Shown: positions 1 through 14,069 of the stretch, piece after piece | Numbering within the stretch: the stretch's first letter is position 1 | Layout: each line of letters opens with the position of its first letter | Assembly: GCF_009914755.1 (NCBI RefSeq) | Contig: NC_060935.1 | Source: the human T2T-CHM13v2.0 reference genome, Homo sapiens | Strand: one strand, 5' to 3' | Length of the DNA: 64,000 nt | The notes under the pieces: model-generated | Told to the model about the DNA's origin: nothing | What the model saw: only the letters and a program-made list of their open reading frames with translations | Database searches by the model: none | Program-made: the position numbers and the translations under genes

Positions 1-3000
1 TAGAATCTGCAAGTGGACATTTGGAGGGCTTTGAGGCCTGTGGTGGAAAAGGAAAATCTTCACATAAAAACTAGATGGAAGCATTCTCAGAAACTACTTT
101 GTGATGATTGCATTCGACTCACAGAGTTGAACATTCCTATAGATAGAGCAGGTTGTAAACAATCTTTTTCTAGAATCTGCTATTGGAGATTTGGACTCCT
201 TTGAGGCCTACTGTAGTAAAGGAAATAACTTCATCTAAAAACCAAACGGAAGCATTCACAGACAATTCTCAGGATCATTGGATTGAACTAACAGAGCTGA
301 ACATTCCTTTAGATGGAGCAGTTTCCAAACACACTTTCTGTAGAATCTGCAAGTGGATATTTGGACTTCTCTGAGAATTTCGTTGGAAAAGGGATAAACT
401 TCCCAGAACTACACGGAAGCATTGTGAGAAACTTCTTTGTGATGTTTGCATTCAACTCACAGAGTTGAACCTTGCTTTCATAGTTCAGCTTTCAAACAGT
501 CTTTTTGTAGAATCTGCAAGTGGATATTTGGACCACTTTGTGGCCTTCCTTCGAAACGGGTATATCTTCACATCAAACCTAGACAGAAGCATTCTCAGAA
601 TGTTTCCTGTGATGACTGCATTCAACTCACAGAGGTGAACAATCCTGTTGATGGAGCACTTTTGAAACTCTCTTTCTTTGGATTCTGCAAGTTGATATGT
701 GGACCACTGTGAAGATTTCGTTGGAAACGGGTTCATCTTCACAGAAAAACTAAACAGAAGCATTCTCAGAAACTACTTTGTGATGTTTGTGTTCCACTTC
801 AAGAATTGAACTTTCCTCTTGACAGAGCAGCTCTGAAACCCTCTTTTTCTAGAATCTGCAAGTGGACATTTGGAGGGCTTTGAGGCCTGTGGTGGAAAAG
901 GAAAATCTTCACATAAAAACTAGATGGAAGCATTCTCAGAAACTACTTTGTGATGATTGCATTCGTCTCACAGAGTTGAACATTCCTATAGTTAGAGCAG
1001 GTTGTAAACAATCTTTTTGTAGAATCTGCGATTGGAGATTTGGACTGCTTGGAGGCCTACTGTAGTAAAGTAAATAACTTCATCTAAAAACCAAACGGAA
1101 GCATTCACAGACAATTCTTAGTGATCATTGCATTGAACTAACAGAGCTGAACATTCCTTTAGATGGCGCAGTTTCCAAACACACTTTCTGTAGAATCTGC
1201 AAGTGGATATTTGGACCTCTCTGAGGATTTCGTTGGAAACCGGATAAACTTCCCAGAACTACACGGAAGCACTGTGAGAAAATTCTTTGTGATGTTTGCA
1301 TTCAACTCACAGAGTTGAACCTTGCTTTCATAGTTCAGCTTTCAAACACTCTTTTTGTAGAATCTGCAAGTGGATATTTGGACCACTTTGTGGCCTTCCT
1401 TCGAAACGGGTATATCTTCACATCAAACCTAGACAGAAGCATTCTCAGAATGTTTCCTGTGATGACTGCATTCAACTCACAGAGGTGAACAATCCTGTTG
1501 ATGGAGCACTTTTGAAACTCTCTTTCTTTGGATTCTGCAAGTTGATATGTGGACCTCTGTGAAGATTTCGTTGGAAACGGGTTCATCTTCACAGAAAAAC
1601 TAAACAGAAGCATTCTCAGAAACTACTATGTGATGTTTGTGTTCCACTTCAAGAATTGAACTTTCCTCTTGACAGAGCAGCTCTGAAACCCTCTTTTTCT
1701 AGAATCTGCAAGTGAACATTTGGAGGGCTTTGAGGCCTGTGGTGGAAAAGGAAAATCTTCACATAAAAACTAGATGGAAGCATTCTCAGAAACTACTTTG
1801 TGATGATTGCATTCGACTCACAGAGTTGAACATTCCTATAGATAGAGCAGGTTGTAAACAATCTTTTTGTAGAATCTGCGATTGGAGATTTGGACTGCTT
1901 TGAGGCCTACTGTAGTAAAGGAAATAACTTCATCTAAAAACCAAACGGAAGCATTCACAGACAATTCTTAGTGATCATTGCATTGAACTAACAGAGCTGA
2001 ACATTCCTTTAGATGGCGCAGTTTCCAAACACACTTTCTGTAGAATCTGCAAGTGGATATTTGGACCTCTCTGAGGATTTCGTTAGAAAAGGGATAAACT
2101 TCCCAGAACTACACGGAAGCATGCTGAGAAACTTCTTTGTGATGTTTGCATTCAACTCACAGAGTTGAACCTTGCTTTCATAGTTCAGCTTTCAAACACT
2201 CTTTTTGTAGAATCTGCAAGTGGATATTTGGACCACTTTGTGGCCTTCCTTGAAACGGGTATATCTTCACATCAAACCTAGACAGAAGCATTCTCAGAAT
2301 GTTTCCTGTGATGACTGCATTCAACTCACAGAGGTGAACAATCCTGCTGATGGAGCAGTTTTGAAACTCTCTTTCTTTGGATTCTGCAAGTGGATATGTG
2401 GACCTCTGTGAAGATTTCGTTGGAAACGGGTTCATCTTCACAGAAAAACTAAACAGAAGCATTCTCAGAAACTGCTTTGTGATGTTTGTGTTCCACTTCA
2501 GGAATTGAACTTTCCTCTTGACAGAGCAGCTCTGAAACCCTCTTATTCTAGAATCTGCAAGTGGACATTTGGAGGGCTTTGAGGCCTGTGGTGGAAAAGG
2601 AAAATCTTCACATAAAAACTAGATGGAAGCATTCTCAGAAACTACTTTGTGATGATTGCATTCGACTCACAGAGTTGAACATTCCTATAGATAGAGCAGG
2701 TTGTAAACAATCTTTTTGTAGAAAATGCGATTGGAGATTTGGACTGCTTTGAGGCCTACTGTAGTAAAGGAAATAACCTCATCTAAAAACCAAACGGAAG
2801 CATTCACAGACAATTCTTAGTGATCATTGGATTGAACTAACAGAGCTGAACATTCCTTTAGATGGAGCAGTTTCCAAACCCACTTTCTGTAGAATCTGCA
2901 AGTGGATATTTGGACTTCTCTGAGGATTTCGTGGGAAACGGGATAAACTTCCCAGAACTACACGGAAGCATTGTGAGAAACTTCTTTGTGATGTTTGCAT

Positions 3001-6000
3001 TCAACTCACAGAGTTGAACCTTGCTTTCATAGTTCAGCTTTCAAACACTCTTTTTGTAGAATCTGCAAGTGGATATTTGGACCACTTTGTGGCCTTCCTT
3101 CGAAACGGGTATATCGTCACATCAAACCTAGACAGAAGCATTCTCAGAATGTTTCCTGTGATGACTGCATTCAACTCACAGAGGTGAACAATCCTGCTGA
3201 TGGAGCAGTTTTGAAACTCTCTTTCTTTGGATTCTGCAAGTGGATATGTGGACCTCTGTGAAGATTTCGTTGGAAACGGGTTCATCTTCACAGAAAAACT
3301 AAACAGGAGCATTCTCAGAAACTGCTTTGTGATGTTTGTGTTCCACTTCAAGAATTGAACTTTCCCCTTGACAGAGCAGCTCTGAAACCCTCTTATTCTA
3401 TAATCTGCAAGTGGATATTTGGAGGGCTTTGAGGCCTGTGGTGGAAAAGGAAAATCTTCACATAAAAACTAGATGGAAGCATTCTCAGAAACTACTTTGT
3501 GATGATTGCATTCGACTCACAGAGTTGAACATTCCTATAGATAGAGCAGGTTGTAAACAATCTTTTTGTAGAATCTGCGATTGGAGATTTGGACTGCTTT
3601 GAGGCCTACTGTAGTAAAGGAAATAACTTCATCTAAAAACCAAACGGAAGCATTCACAGACAATTCTTAGTGATCATTGGATTGAACTAACAGAGCTGAA
3701 CATTCCTTTAGATGGCGCAGTTTCCAAACACACTTTCTGTAGAATCTGCAAGTGGATATTTGGACTTCTCTGAGGATTTCGTTGGAAACGGGATAAACTT
3801 CCCAGAACTACACGGAAGCATTGTGAGAAACTTCTTTGTGATGTTTGCATTCAACTCACAGAGTTGAACCTTGCTTTCATAGTTCAGCTTTCAAACCCTC
3901 TTTTTGTAGAATCTGCAAGTGGATATTTGGACCACTTTGTGGCCTTCCTTCGAAACGGGTATATCTTCACATCAAACCTAGACAGAAGCATTCTCAGAAT
4001 GTTTCCTGTGATGACTGCATTCAACTCACAGAGGTGAACAATCCTGCTGATGGAGCAGTTTTGAAACTCTCTTTCTTTGGATTCTGCAAGTGGATATGTG
4101 GACCTCTGTGAAGATTTCGTTGGAAACGGGTTCATCTTCACAGAAAAACTAAACAGGAGCATTCTCAGAAACTGCTTTGTGATGTTTGTGTTCCACTTCA
4201 GGAATTGAACTTTCCTCCTGACAGAGCAGCTCTGACACCCTCTTATTCTAGAATCTGCAACTGGACATTTGGAGGGCTTTGAGGCCTGTGGTGGAAAAGG
4301 AAAATCTTCACATAAAAACTAGATGGAAGCATTCTCAGAAACTACTTTGTGATGATTGCATTCGACTCACAGAGTTGAACATTCCTATAGATAGAGCAGG
4401 TTGTAAACAATCTTTTTGTAGAATCTGCGATTGGAGATTTGGACTGCTTTGAGGCCTACTGTAATAAAGGAAATAACATCATCTAAAAACCAAACGGAAG
4501 CATTCACAGACAATTCTTAGTGATCATTGCATTGAACTAACAGAGCTGAACATTCCTTTAGATGGAGCAGTTTCCAAACACACTTTCTGTAGAACCTGCA
4601 AGTGGATATTTGGACCTCTCTGAGGATTTCGTTGGAAACGGGATAAACTTCCCAGAACTACACGGAAGCATTGTGAGAAACTTCTTTGTGATGTTTGCAT
4701 TCAACTCACAGAGTTGAACCTTGCTTTCATAGTTCAGCTTTCAAACACTCTTTTTGTAGAATCTGCAAGTGGATATTTGGACCACTTTGTGGCCTTCCTT
4801 CGAAACGGGTATATCTTCACATCAAACCTAGACAGAAGCATTCTCAGAATGTTTCCTGTGATGACTGCATTCAACTCACAGAGGTGAACAATCCTGCTGA
4901 TGGAGCAGTTTTGAAACTCTCTTTCTTTGGATTCTGCAAGTGGATATGTGGACCTCTGTGAAGATTTCGTTGGAAACGGGTTCATCTTCACAGAAAAACT
5001 AAACAGGAGCATTCTCAGAAACTGCTTTGTGATGTTTGTGTTCCACTTAAAGAATTGAACTTTCCTCTTGACAGAGCAGCTCTGAAACCCTCTTTTTCTA
5101 GAATCTGCAAGTGGACATTTGGAGGGCTTTGAGGCCTGTGGTGGAAAAGGAAATTCTTCACATAAAAACTTTATGGAAGCATTCTCAGGAACTTCTTTGT
5201 GATGATTGCATTCGACTCACAGAGTTGAACATTCCTATAGATAGAGCAGGTTGTAAACAATCTTTTTGTAGAGTCTGCGATTGGAGATTTGGACTGCTTT
5301 GAGGCCTACTGTAGTAAAGGAAATTACTTCATCTAAAAACCAAACGGAAGCATTCACAGACAATTCTTAGTGATCATTGGATTGAACTAACAGAGCTGAA
5401 CATTCCTTTAGATGGAGCAGTTTCCAAACCCACTTTCTGTAGAATCTGCAACTGGATATTTGGACTTCTCTGAGGATTTCGTTGGAAACGGGATAAACTT
5501 CCCAGAACTACATGGAAGCATTGTGAGAAACTTCTTTGTGATGTTTGCATTCAACTCACAGAGTTGAACCTTGTTTTCATAGTTCAGCTTTCAAACACTC
5601 TTTTTGTAGAATCTGCAAGTGGATATTTGGACCACTTTGTGGCCTTCCTTCGAAACGGGTATATCTTCACATCAAACCTAGACAGAAGCATTCTCAGAAT
5701 GTTTCCTGTGATGACTGCATTCAACTCACAGAGGTGAACAATCCTGTTGATGGAGCACTTTTGAAACTCTCTTTCTTTGGATTCTGCAAGTTGATATGTG
5801 GACCTCTGTGAAGATTTCGTTGGAAACGGGTTCATCTTCACAGAAAAACTAAACAGAAGCATTCTCAAAAACTACTTTGTGATGTTTGTGTTCCACTTCA
5901 AGAATTGAACTTTCCTCTTGAGAGAGCAGCTCTGAAACCCTCTTTTTCTAGAATCTGCAAGTGGACATTTGGAGGGCTTTGAGGCCTGTGGTGGAAAAGG

Positions 6001-7176
6001 AAAATCTTCACATAAAAACTAGATGGAAGCATTCTCAGAAACTACTTTGTGATGATTGCATTCGACTCACAGAGTTGAACATTCCTATAGATAGAGCAGG
6101 TTGTAAACAATCTTTTTCTAGAATCTGCGATTGGAGATTTGGACTGCTTTGAGGCCTACTGTAGTAAAGGAAATAACTTCATCTAAAAACCAAACGGAAG
6201 CATTCACAGACAATTCTTAGAGATCATTGGATTGAACTAACACAGCTGAACATTACTTTAGATGGAGCAGTTTCCAAACACACTTTCTGTAGAATCTGCA
6301 AGTGGATATTTGGACTTCTCTGAGGATTTCGTTGGAAACGGGATAAACTTCCCAGAACTACACGGAAGAATTGTGAGAAACTTCTTTGTGATGTTTGCAT
6401 TCAACTCACAGAGTTGAACCTTGCTTTCATAGTTCAGCTTTCAAACACTCTTTTTGTAGAATCTGCAAGTGGATATTTGGACCACTTTGTGGCCTTCCTT
6501 CGAAACGGGTATATCTTCACATCAAACCAAGACAGAAGCATTCTCAGAATGTTTCCTGTGATGACTGCATTCAACTCACAGAGGTGAACAATCCTGCTGA
6601 TGGAGCAGTTTTGAAACTCTCTTTCTTTGGATTCTGCAAGTGGATATGTGGACCTCTGTGAAGATTTCGTTGGAAACGGGTTCATCTTCACAGAAAAACT
6701 AAACAGGAGCATTCTCAGAAACTGCTTTGTGATGTTTGTGTTCCACTTCAAGAATTGAACTTTCCTCTTGACAGAGCAGCTCTGAAACCCTCTTTTTCTA
6801 GAATCTGCAAGTGGACATTTGGAGGGCTTTGAGGCCTGTGGTGGAAAAGGAAAATCTTCACATAAAAACTAGATGGAAGCATTCTCAGAAACTACTTTGT
6901 GATGATTGCATTCGACTCACAGAGTTGAACATTCCTATAGATAGAGCAGGTTGTAAACAATCTTTCTGTAGAATCTGCGATTGGAGATTTGGACTGCTTT
7001 GAGGCCTACTGTAGTAAAGGAAATAACTTCATCTAAAAACCAAACGGAAGCATTCACAGACAATTCTTAGTGATCATTGGATTGAACTAACAGAGCTGAA
7101 CATTGCTTTAGATGGAGCAGTTTCCAAACACACTTTCTGTAGAATCTGCAAGTGGATATTTGGACTTCTCTGAGGA

Positions 7177-7193
7177 TTTCGTTGGAAACGGGA
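7177..7193 (+). promoter_or_regulatory. Canonical CENP-B box 1 (example; the position recurs in every HOR)
   Basis: TTTCGTTGGAAACGGGA matches all 9 essential bases of NTTCGNNNNANNCGGGN. Confidence 0.95.
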
Positions 7194-7343
7194 TAAACTT
7201 CCCAGAACTACAGGGAAGCATTGTGAGAAACTTCTTTGTGATGTTTGCATTCAACTCACAGAGTTGAACCTTGCTTTCATAGTTCAGCTTTCAAACACTC
7301 TTTTTGTAGAATCTGCAAGTGGATATTTGGACCACTTTGTGGC

Positions 7344-7360
7344 CTTCCTTCGAAACGGGT
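7344..7360 (+). promoter_or_regulatory. Degenerate CENP-B box in the middle B-type monomer (example)
   Basis: CTTCCTTCGAAACGGGT sits at the homologous position but has TTCC instead of the essential TTCG. It is fixed in all units examined. Confidence 0.8.
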
Positions 7361-7514
7361 ATATCTTCACATCAAACCTAGACAGAAGCATTCTCAGAAT
7401 GTTTCCTGTGATGACTGCATTCAACTCACAGAGGTGAACAATCCTGCTGATGGAGCAGTTTTGAAACTCTCTTTCTTTGGATTCTGCAAGTGGATATGTG
7501 GACCTCTGTGAAGA

Positions 7515-7531
7515 TTTCGTTGGAAACGGGT
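7515..7531 (+). promoter_or_regulatory. Canonical CENP-B box 2 (example; the position recurs in every HOR)
   Basis: TTTCGTTGGAAACGGGT matches NTTCGNNNNANNCGGGN. It lies 338 bp after box 1 and 512 bp before the next box 1. Confidence 0.95.
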
Positions 7532-7685
7532 TCATCTTCACAGAAAAACTAAACAGGAGCATTCTCAGAAACTGCTTTGTGATGTTTGTGTTCCACTTCA
7601 AGAATTGAACTTTCCTCTTGACAGAGCAGCTCTGAAACCCTCTTTTTCTAGAATCTGCAAGTGGACATTTGGAGGGCTTTGAGGC

Positions 7686-7702
7686 CTGTGGTGGAAAAGG
7701 AA
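7686..7702 (+). promoter_or_regulatory. A-box / pJ-alpha-like motif of an A-type monomer (example)
   Basis: CTGTGGTGGAAAAGGAA occupies the CENP-B-box-homologous position (171 bp after box 2) and resembles the pJ-alpha site of A-type monomers. Confidence 0.7.
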
Positions 7703-10700
7703 AATCTTCACATAAAAACTAGATGGAAGCATTCTCAGAAACTACTTTGTGATGATTGCATTCGACTCACAGAGTTGAACATTCCTATAGATAGAGCAGG
7801 TTGTAAACAATCTTTTTGTAGAATCTGCGATTGGAGATTTGGACTGCTTTGAGGCCTACTGTAGTAAAGGAAATAACTTCATCTAAAAACCAAACGGAAG
7901 CATTCACAGACAATTCTTAGTGATCATTGCATTGAACTAACAGAGCTGAACATTCCTTTAGATGGAGCAGTTTCCAAACACACTTTCTGTAGAATCTGCA
8001 AGTGGATATTTGGACCTCTCTGAGGATTTCGTTGGAAACGGGATAAACTTCCCAGAACTACACGGAAGCATTGTGAGAAACTTCTTTGTGATGTTTGCAT
8101 TCAACTCACAGAGTTGAACCTTGCTTTCATAGTTCAGCTTTCAAACACTCTTTTTGTAGAATCTGCAAGTGGATATTTGGACCACTTTGTGGCCTTCCTT
8201 CGAAACGGGTATATCTTCACATCAAACCTAGTCAGAAGCATTCTCAGAATGTTTCCTGTGATGACTGCATTCAACTCACAGAGGTGAACAATCCTGCTGA
8301 TGGAGCAGTTTTGAAACTCTCTTTCTTTGGATTCTGCAAGTGGATATGTGGACCTCTGTGAAGATTTCGTTGGAAACGGGTTCATCTTCACAGAAAAACT
8401 AAACAGGAGCATTCTCAGAAACTGCTTTGTGATGTTTGTGTTCCACTTAAAGAATTGAACTTTCCTCTTGACAGAGCAGCTCTGAAACCCTCTTTTTCTA
8501 GAATCTGCAAGTGGACATTTGGAGGGCTTTGAGGCCTGTGGTGGAAAAGGAAAATCGTCACATAAAAACTTTATGGAAGCATTCTCAGAAACTTCTTTGT
8601 GATGATTGCATTCGACTCACAGAGTTGAGCATTCCTATAGATAGAGCAGGTTGTAAACAATCTTTTTGTAGAATCTGCGATTGGAGATTTGGACTGCTTT
8701 GAGGCCTGCTGTAGTAAAGGAAATTACTTCATCTAAAAACCAAACGGAAGCATTCACAGACAATTCTTAGTGATCATTGGATTGAACTAACAGAGCTGAA
8801 CATTCCTTTAGATGGAGCAGTTTCCAAACCCACTTTCTGTAGAATCTGCAAGTGGATATTTGGACTTCTCTGAGGATTTCGTTGGAAACGGGATAAACTT
8901 CCCAGAACTACACGGAAGCATTGTGAGAAACTTCTTTGTGATGTTTGCATTCAACTCACAGAGTTGAACCTTGCTTTCATAGTTCAGCTTTCAAACACTC
9001 TTTTTGTAGAATCTGCAAGTGGATATTTGGACCACTTTGTGGCCTTCCTTCGAAACGGGTATATCTTCACATCAAACCTAGACAGAAGCATTCTCAGAAT
9101 GTTTCCTTTGATGACTGCATTCAACTCACAGAGGTGAATAATCCTGTTGATGGAGCACTTTTGAAACTCTCTTTCTTTGGATTCTGCAAGTTGATATGTG
9201 GACCTCTGTGAAGATTTCGTTGGAAACGGGTTCATCTTCACAGAAAAACTAAACAGAAGCATTCTCAGAAACTACTTTGTGATGTTTTTGTTCCACTTCA
9301 AGAATTGAACTTTCCTCTTGACAGAGCAGCTCTGAAACCCTCTTTTTCTAGAATCTGCAAGTGGACATTTGGAGGGCTTTGAGGCCTGTGGTGGAAAAGG
9401 AAAATCTTCACATAAAAACTAGATGGAAGCATTCTCAGAAACTACTTTGTGATGATTGCATTCGACTCACAGAGTTGAACATCCCTATAGATAGAGCAGG
9501 TTGTAAACAATCTTTTTGTAGAATCTGCGATTGGAGATTTGGACTGCTTTGAGGCCTACTGTAGTAAAGGAAATAACTTCATCTAAAAACCAAACGGAAG
9601 CATTCACAGACAATTCTTAGTGATCATTGCATTGAACTAACAGAGGTGAACATTCCTTTAGATGGCGCAGTTTCCAAACACACTTTCTGTAGAATCTGCA
9701 AGTGTATATTTGGACTTCTCTGAGGATTTCTTTGGAAACGGGATAAACTTCCCAGAACTACACGGAAGCATTGTGAGAAAATTCTTTGTGATGTTTGCAT
9801 TCAACTCACAGAGTTGAACCTTGCTTTCATAGTTCAGCTTTCAAACACCCTTTTGGTAGAATCTGCAAGTGGATATTTGGACCACTTTGTGGCCTTCCTT
9901 CGAAACGGGTATATCTTCACATCAAACAGACAGAAGCATTCTCAGAATGTTTCCTGTGATGACTGCATTCAACTCACAGAGGTGAACAATCCTGCTGATG
10001 GAGCAGTTTTGAAACTCTCTTTCTTTGGATTCTGCAAGTGGATATGTGGACCTCTGTGAAGATTTCGTTGGAAACGGGTTCATCTTCACAGAAAAACTAA
10101 ACAGGAGCATTCTCAGAAACTGCTTTGTGATGTTTGTGTTCCACTTAAAGAATTGAACTTTCCTCTTGACAGAGCAGCTCTGAAACCCTCTTTTTCTAGA
10201 ATCTGCAAGTGGACATTTGGAGGGCTTTGAGGCCTGTGGTGGAAAAGGAAAATCTTCACATAAAAACTTTATGGAAGCATTCTCAGAAACTTCTTTGTGA
10301 TGATTGCATTCGACTCACAGAGTTGAACATTCCTATAGATAGAGCAGGTTGTAAACAATCTTTTTGTAGAGTCTGCGATTGGAGATTTGGACTGCTTTGA
10401 GGCCTACTGTAGTAAAGGAAATTACTTCATCTAAAAACCAAACGGAAGCATTCACAGACAATTCTTAGTGATCATTGGATTGAACTAACAGAGCTGAACA
10501 TTCCTTTAGATGGAGCAGTTTCCAAACCCACTTTCTGTAGAATCTGCAAGTGGATATTTGGACTTCTCTGAGGATTTCGTTGGAAAGGGATAAACTTCCC
10601 AGAACTACACGGAAGCATTGTGAGAAACTTCTTTGTGATGTTTGCATTCAACTCACAGAGTTGAACCTTGCTTTCATAGTTCAGCTTTCAAACACTCTTT

Positions 10701-13700
10701 TTGTAGAATCTGCAAGTGGATATTTGGACCACTTTGTGGCCTTCCTTCGAAACGGGTATATCTTCCCATCAAACCTAGACAGAAGCATTCTCAGAATGTT
10801 TCCTGTGATGACTGCATTCAACTCACAGAGGTGAACAATCCTGTTGATGGAGCACTTTTGAAACTCTCTTTCTTTGGATTCTGCAATTTGATTTGTGGAC
10901 CTCTGTGAAGATTTCGTTGGAAACGGGTTCATCTTCACAGAAAAACTAAACAGAAGCATTCTCAGAAACTACTTTGTGATGTTTGTGTTCCACTTCAAGA
11001 ATTGAACTTTCCTCTTGACAGAGCAGCTCTGAAACCCTCCTTTTCTAGAATCTGCAAGTGGACATTTGGAGGGCTTTGTGGCCTGTGGTGGAAAAGGAAA
11101 ATCTTCACATAAAAACTAGATGGAAGCATTCTCAGAAACTACTTTGTGATGATTGCATTCGACTCACAGAGTTGAACATTCCTATAGATAGAGCAGGTTG
11201 TAAACAATCTTTTTGTAGAATCTGCGATTGGAGATTTGGACTGCTTTGAGGCCTACTGTAGTAAAGGAAATAACTTCATCTAAAAACCAAACGGAAGCAT
11301 TCACAGACAATTCTTAGTGATCATTGCATTGAACTAACAGAGGTGAACATTCCTTTAGATGGCGCAGTTTCCAAACACACTTTCTGTAGAATCTGCAAGT
11401 GGATATTTGGACTTCTCTGAGGATTTCGTTGGAAAAGGGATAAACTTCCCAGAACTACACGGAAGCATTGTGAGAAACTTCTTTGTGATGTTTGCATTCA
11501 ACTCACAGAGTTGAACCTTGCTTTCATAGTTCAGCTTTCAAACACTCTTTTTGTAGAATCTGCAAGTGGATATTTGGACCACTTTGTGGCCTTCCTTTGA
11601 AACGGGTATATCTTCACATCAAACCTAGACAGAAGCATTCTCAGAATGTTTCCTGTGATGACTGCATTCAACTCACAGAGGTGAACAATCCTGTTGATGG
11701 AGCACTTTTGAAACTCTCTTTCTTTGGATTCTGCAAGTTGATATGTGGACCTCTGTGAAGATTTCGTTGGAAACGGGTTCATCTTCACAGAAAAACTAAA
11801 CAGAAGCATTCTCAGAAACTACTTTGTGATGTTTGTGTTCCACTTCAAGAATTGAACTTTCCTCTTGACAGAGCAGCTCTGAAACCCTCTTTTTCTAGAA
11901 TCTGCAAGTGGACATTTGGAGGGCTTTGAGGCCTGTGGTGGAAAAGGAAAATCTTCACATAAAAACTAGATGGAAGCATTCTCAGAAACTACTTTGTGAT
12001 GATTGCATTCGACTCACAGAGTTGAACATTCCTATAGATAGATCAGGTTGTAAACAATCTTTTTGTAGAATCTGCGATTGGAGATTTGGACTGCTTTGAG
12101 GCCTACTGTAGTAAAGGAAGTAACTTCATCTAAAAACCAAACGGAAGCATTCACAGACAATTGTTAGTGATCATTGCATTGAACTAACAGAGCTGAACAT
12201 TCCTTTAGATGGCGCAGTTTCCAAACACACTTTCTGTAGAATGTGCAAGTGGATATTTGGACCTCTCTGAGGATTTCGTTGGAAACGGGATAAACTTCCC
12301 AGAACTACACGGAAGCATTCTGAGAAACTTCTTTGTGATATTTGCATTCAACTCACAGAGTTGAACCTTGCTTTCATAGTTCAGCTTTCAAACACTCTTT
12401 TTGTAGAATCTGCAAGTGGATATTTTGACCACTTAGTGGCCTTCCTTCGAAACGGGTATATCTTCACATCAAACCTAGACAGAAGCATTCTCAGAATGTT
12501 TCCTGTGATGACTGCATTCAACTCACAGAGGTGAACAATCCTGCTGATGGAGCAGTTTTGAAACTCTCTTTCTTTGGATTCTGCAAGTGGATATGTGGAC
12601 CTCTGTGAAGATTTCGTTGGAAACGGGTTCATCTTCACAGAAAAACTAAACAGAAGCATTCTCAGAAACTGCTTTGTGATGTTTGTGTTCCACTTCAGGA
12701 ATTGAACTTTCCTCTTGACAGAGCAGCTCTGAAACCCTCTTTTTCTAGAATCTGCAAGTGGACATTTGGAGGGCTTTGAGGCCTGTGGTGGAAAAGGAAA
12801 ATCGTCACATAAAAACTTTATGGAAGCATTCTCAGAAACTTCTTTGTGATGATTGCATTCGACTCACAGAGTTGAACATTCCGATAGATAGAGCAGGTTG
12901 TAAACAATCTTTTTGTAGAATCTGCGATTGGAGATTTGGACTGCTTTGAGGCCTGCTGTAGTAAACGAAATTACTTCATCTAAAAACCAAACGGAAGCAT
13001 TCACAGACAATTCTTAGTGATCATTGCATTGAACTAACAGAGCTGAACATTCCTTTAGATGGAGCAGTTTCCAAACCCACTTTCTGTAGAATCTGCAAGT
13101 GGATATTTGGACTTCTCTGAGGATTTCGTTGGAAACGGGATAAACTTCCCAGAACTACACGGAAGCATTGTGAGAAACTTCTTTGTGATGTTTGCATTCA
13201 ACTCACAGAGTTGAACCTTGCTTTCATAGTTCAGCTTTCAAACACTCTTTTTGTAGAATCTGCAAGTGGATATTTGGACCACTTTGTGGCCTTCCTTCGA
13301 AACGGGTATATCTTCACATCAAACCTAGACAGAAGCATTCTCAGAATGTTTCCTGTGATGACTGCATTCAACTCACAGAGGTGAATAATCCTGTTGATGG
13401 AGCACTTTTGAAACTCTCTTTCTTTGGATTCTGCAAGTTGATATGTGGACCTCTGTGAAGATTTCGTTGGAAACGGGTTCATCTTCACAGAAAAACTAAA
13501 CAGAAGCATTCTCAGAAACTGCTTTGTGATGTTTGTGTTCCACTTCAGGAATTGAACTTTCCTCTTGACAGAGCAGCTCTGAAACCCTCTTATTCTAGAA
13601 TCTGCAAGTGGACATTTGGAGGGCTTTGAGGCCTGTGGTGGAAAAGGAAAATCTTCACATAAAAACTAGATGGAAGCATTCTCAGAAACTACTTTGTGAT

Positions 13701-14069
13701 GATTGCATTCGACTCACAGAGTTGAACATTCCTATAGATAGAGCAGGTTGTAAACAATCTTTTTGTAGAATCTGCGATTGGAGATTTGGACTGCTTTGAG
13801 GCCTACTGTAGTAAAGGAAATAACTTCATCTAAAAACCAAACGGAAGCATTCACAGACAATTCTTAGTGATCATTGCATTGAACTAACAGAGCTGAACAT
13901 TCCTTTAGATGGCGCAGTTTCCAAACACACTTTCTGTAGAATCTGCAAGTGGATATTTGGACTTCTCTGAGGATTTCGTTGGAAACGGGATAAACTTCCC
14001 AGAACTACACGGAAGCATTGTGAGAAACTTCTTTGTGATGTTTGCATTCAACTCACAGAGTTGAAACTT

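Larger units (their letters stand above)
6880..7729 (+). repeat. Representative full 5-mer HOR unit (monomers start at 6880, 7051, 7219, 7389, 7560)
   Basis: The monomer-start motif 'catt(c/g)(t/a)(c/g)aga' recurs at spacings of 171, 168, 170, 171 and 170 bp, summing to 850. Monomers differ strongly from each other, while the unit repeats almost exactly at +850. Confidence 0.95.

Noticed and set aside
545-561. A third functional CENP-B box per HOR
   Set aside because: It has TTCC at the essential TTCG position. The internal TTCG is too close to CGGG to fit the 17-bp consensus.
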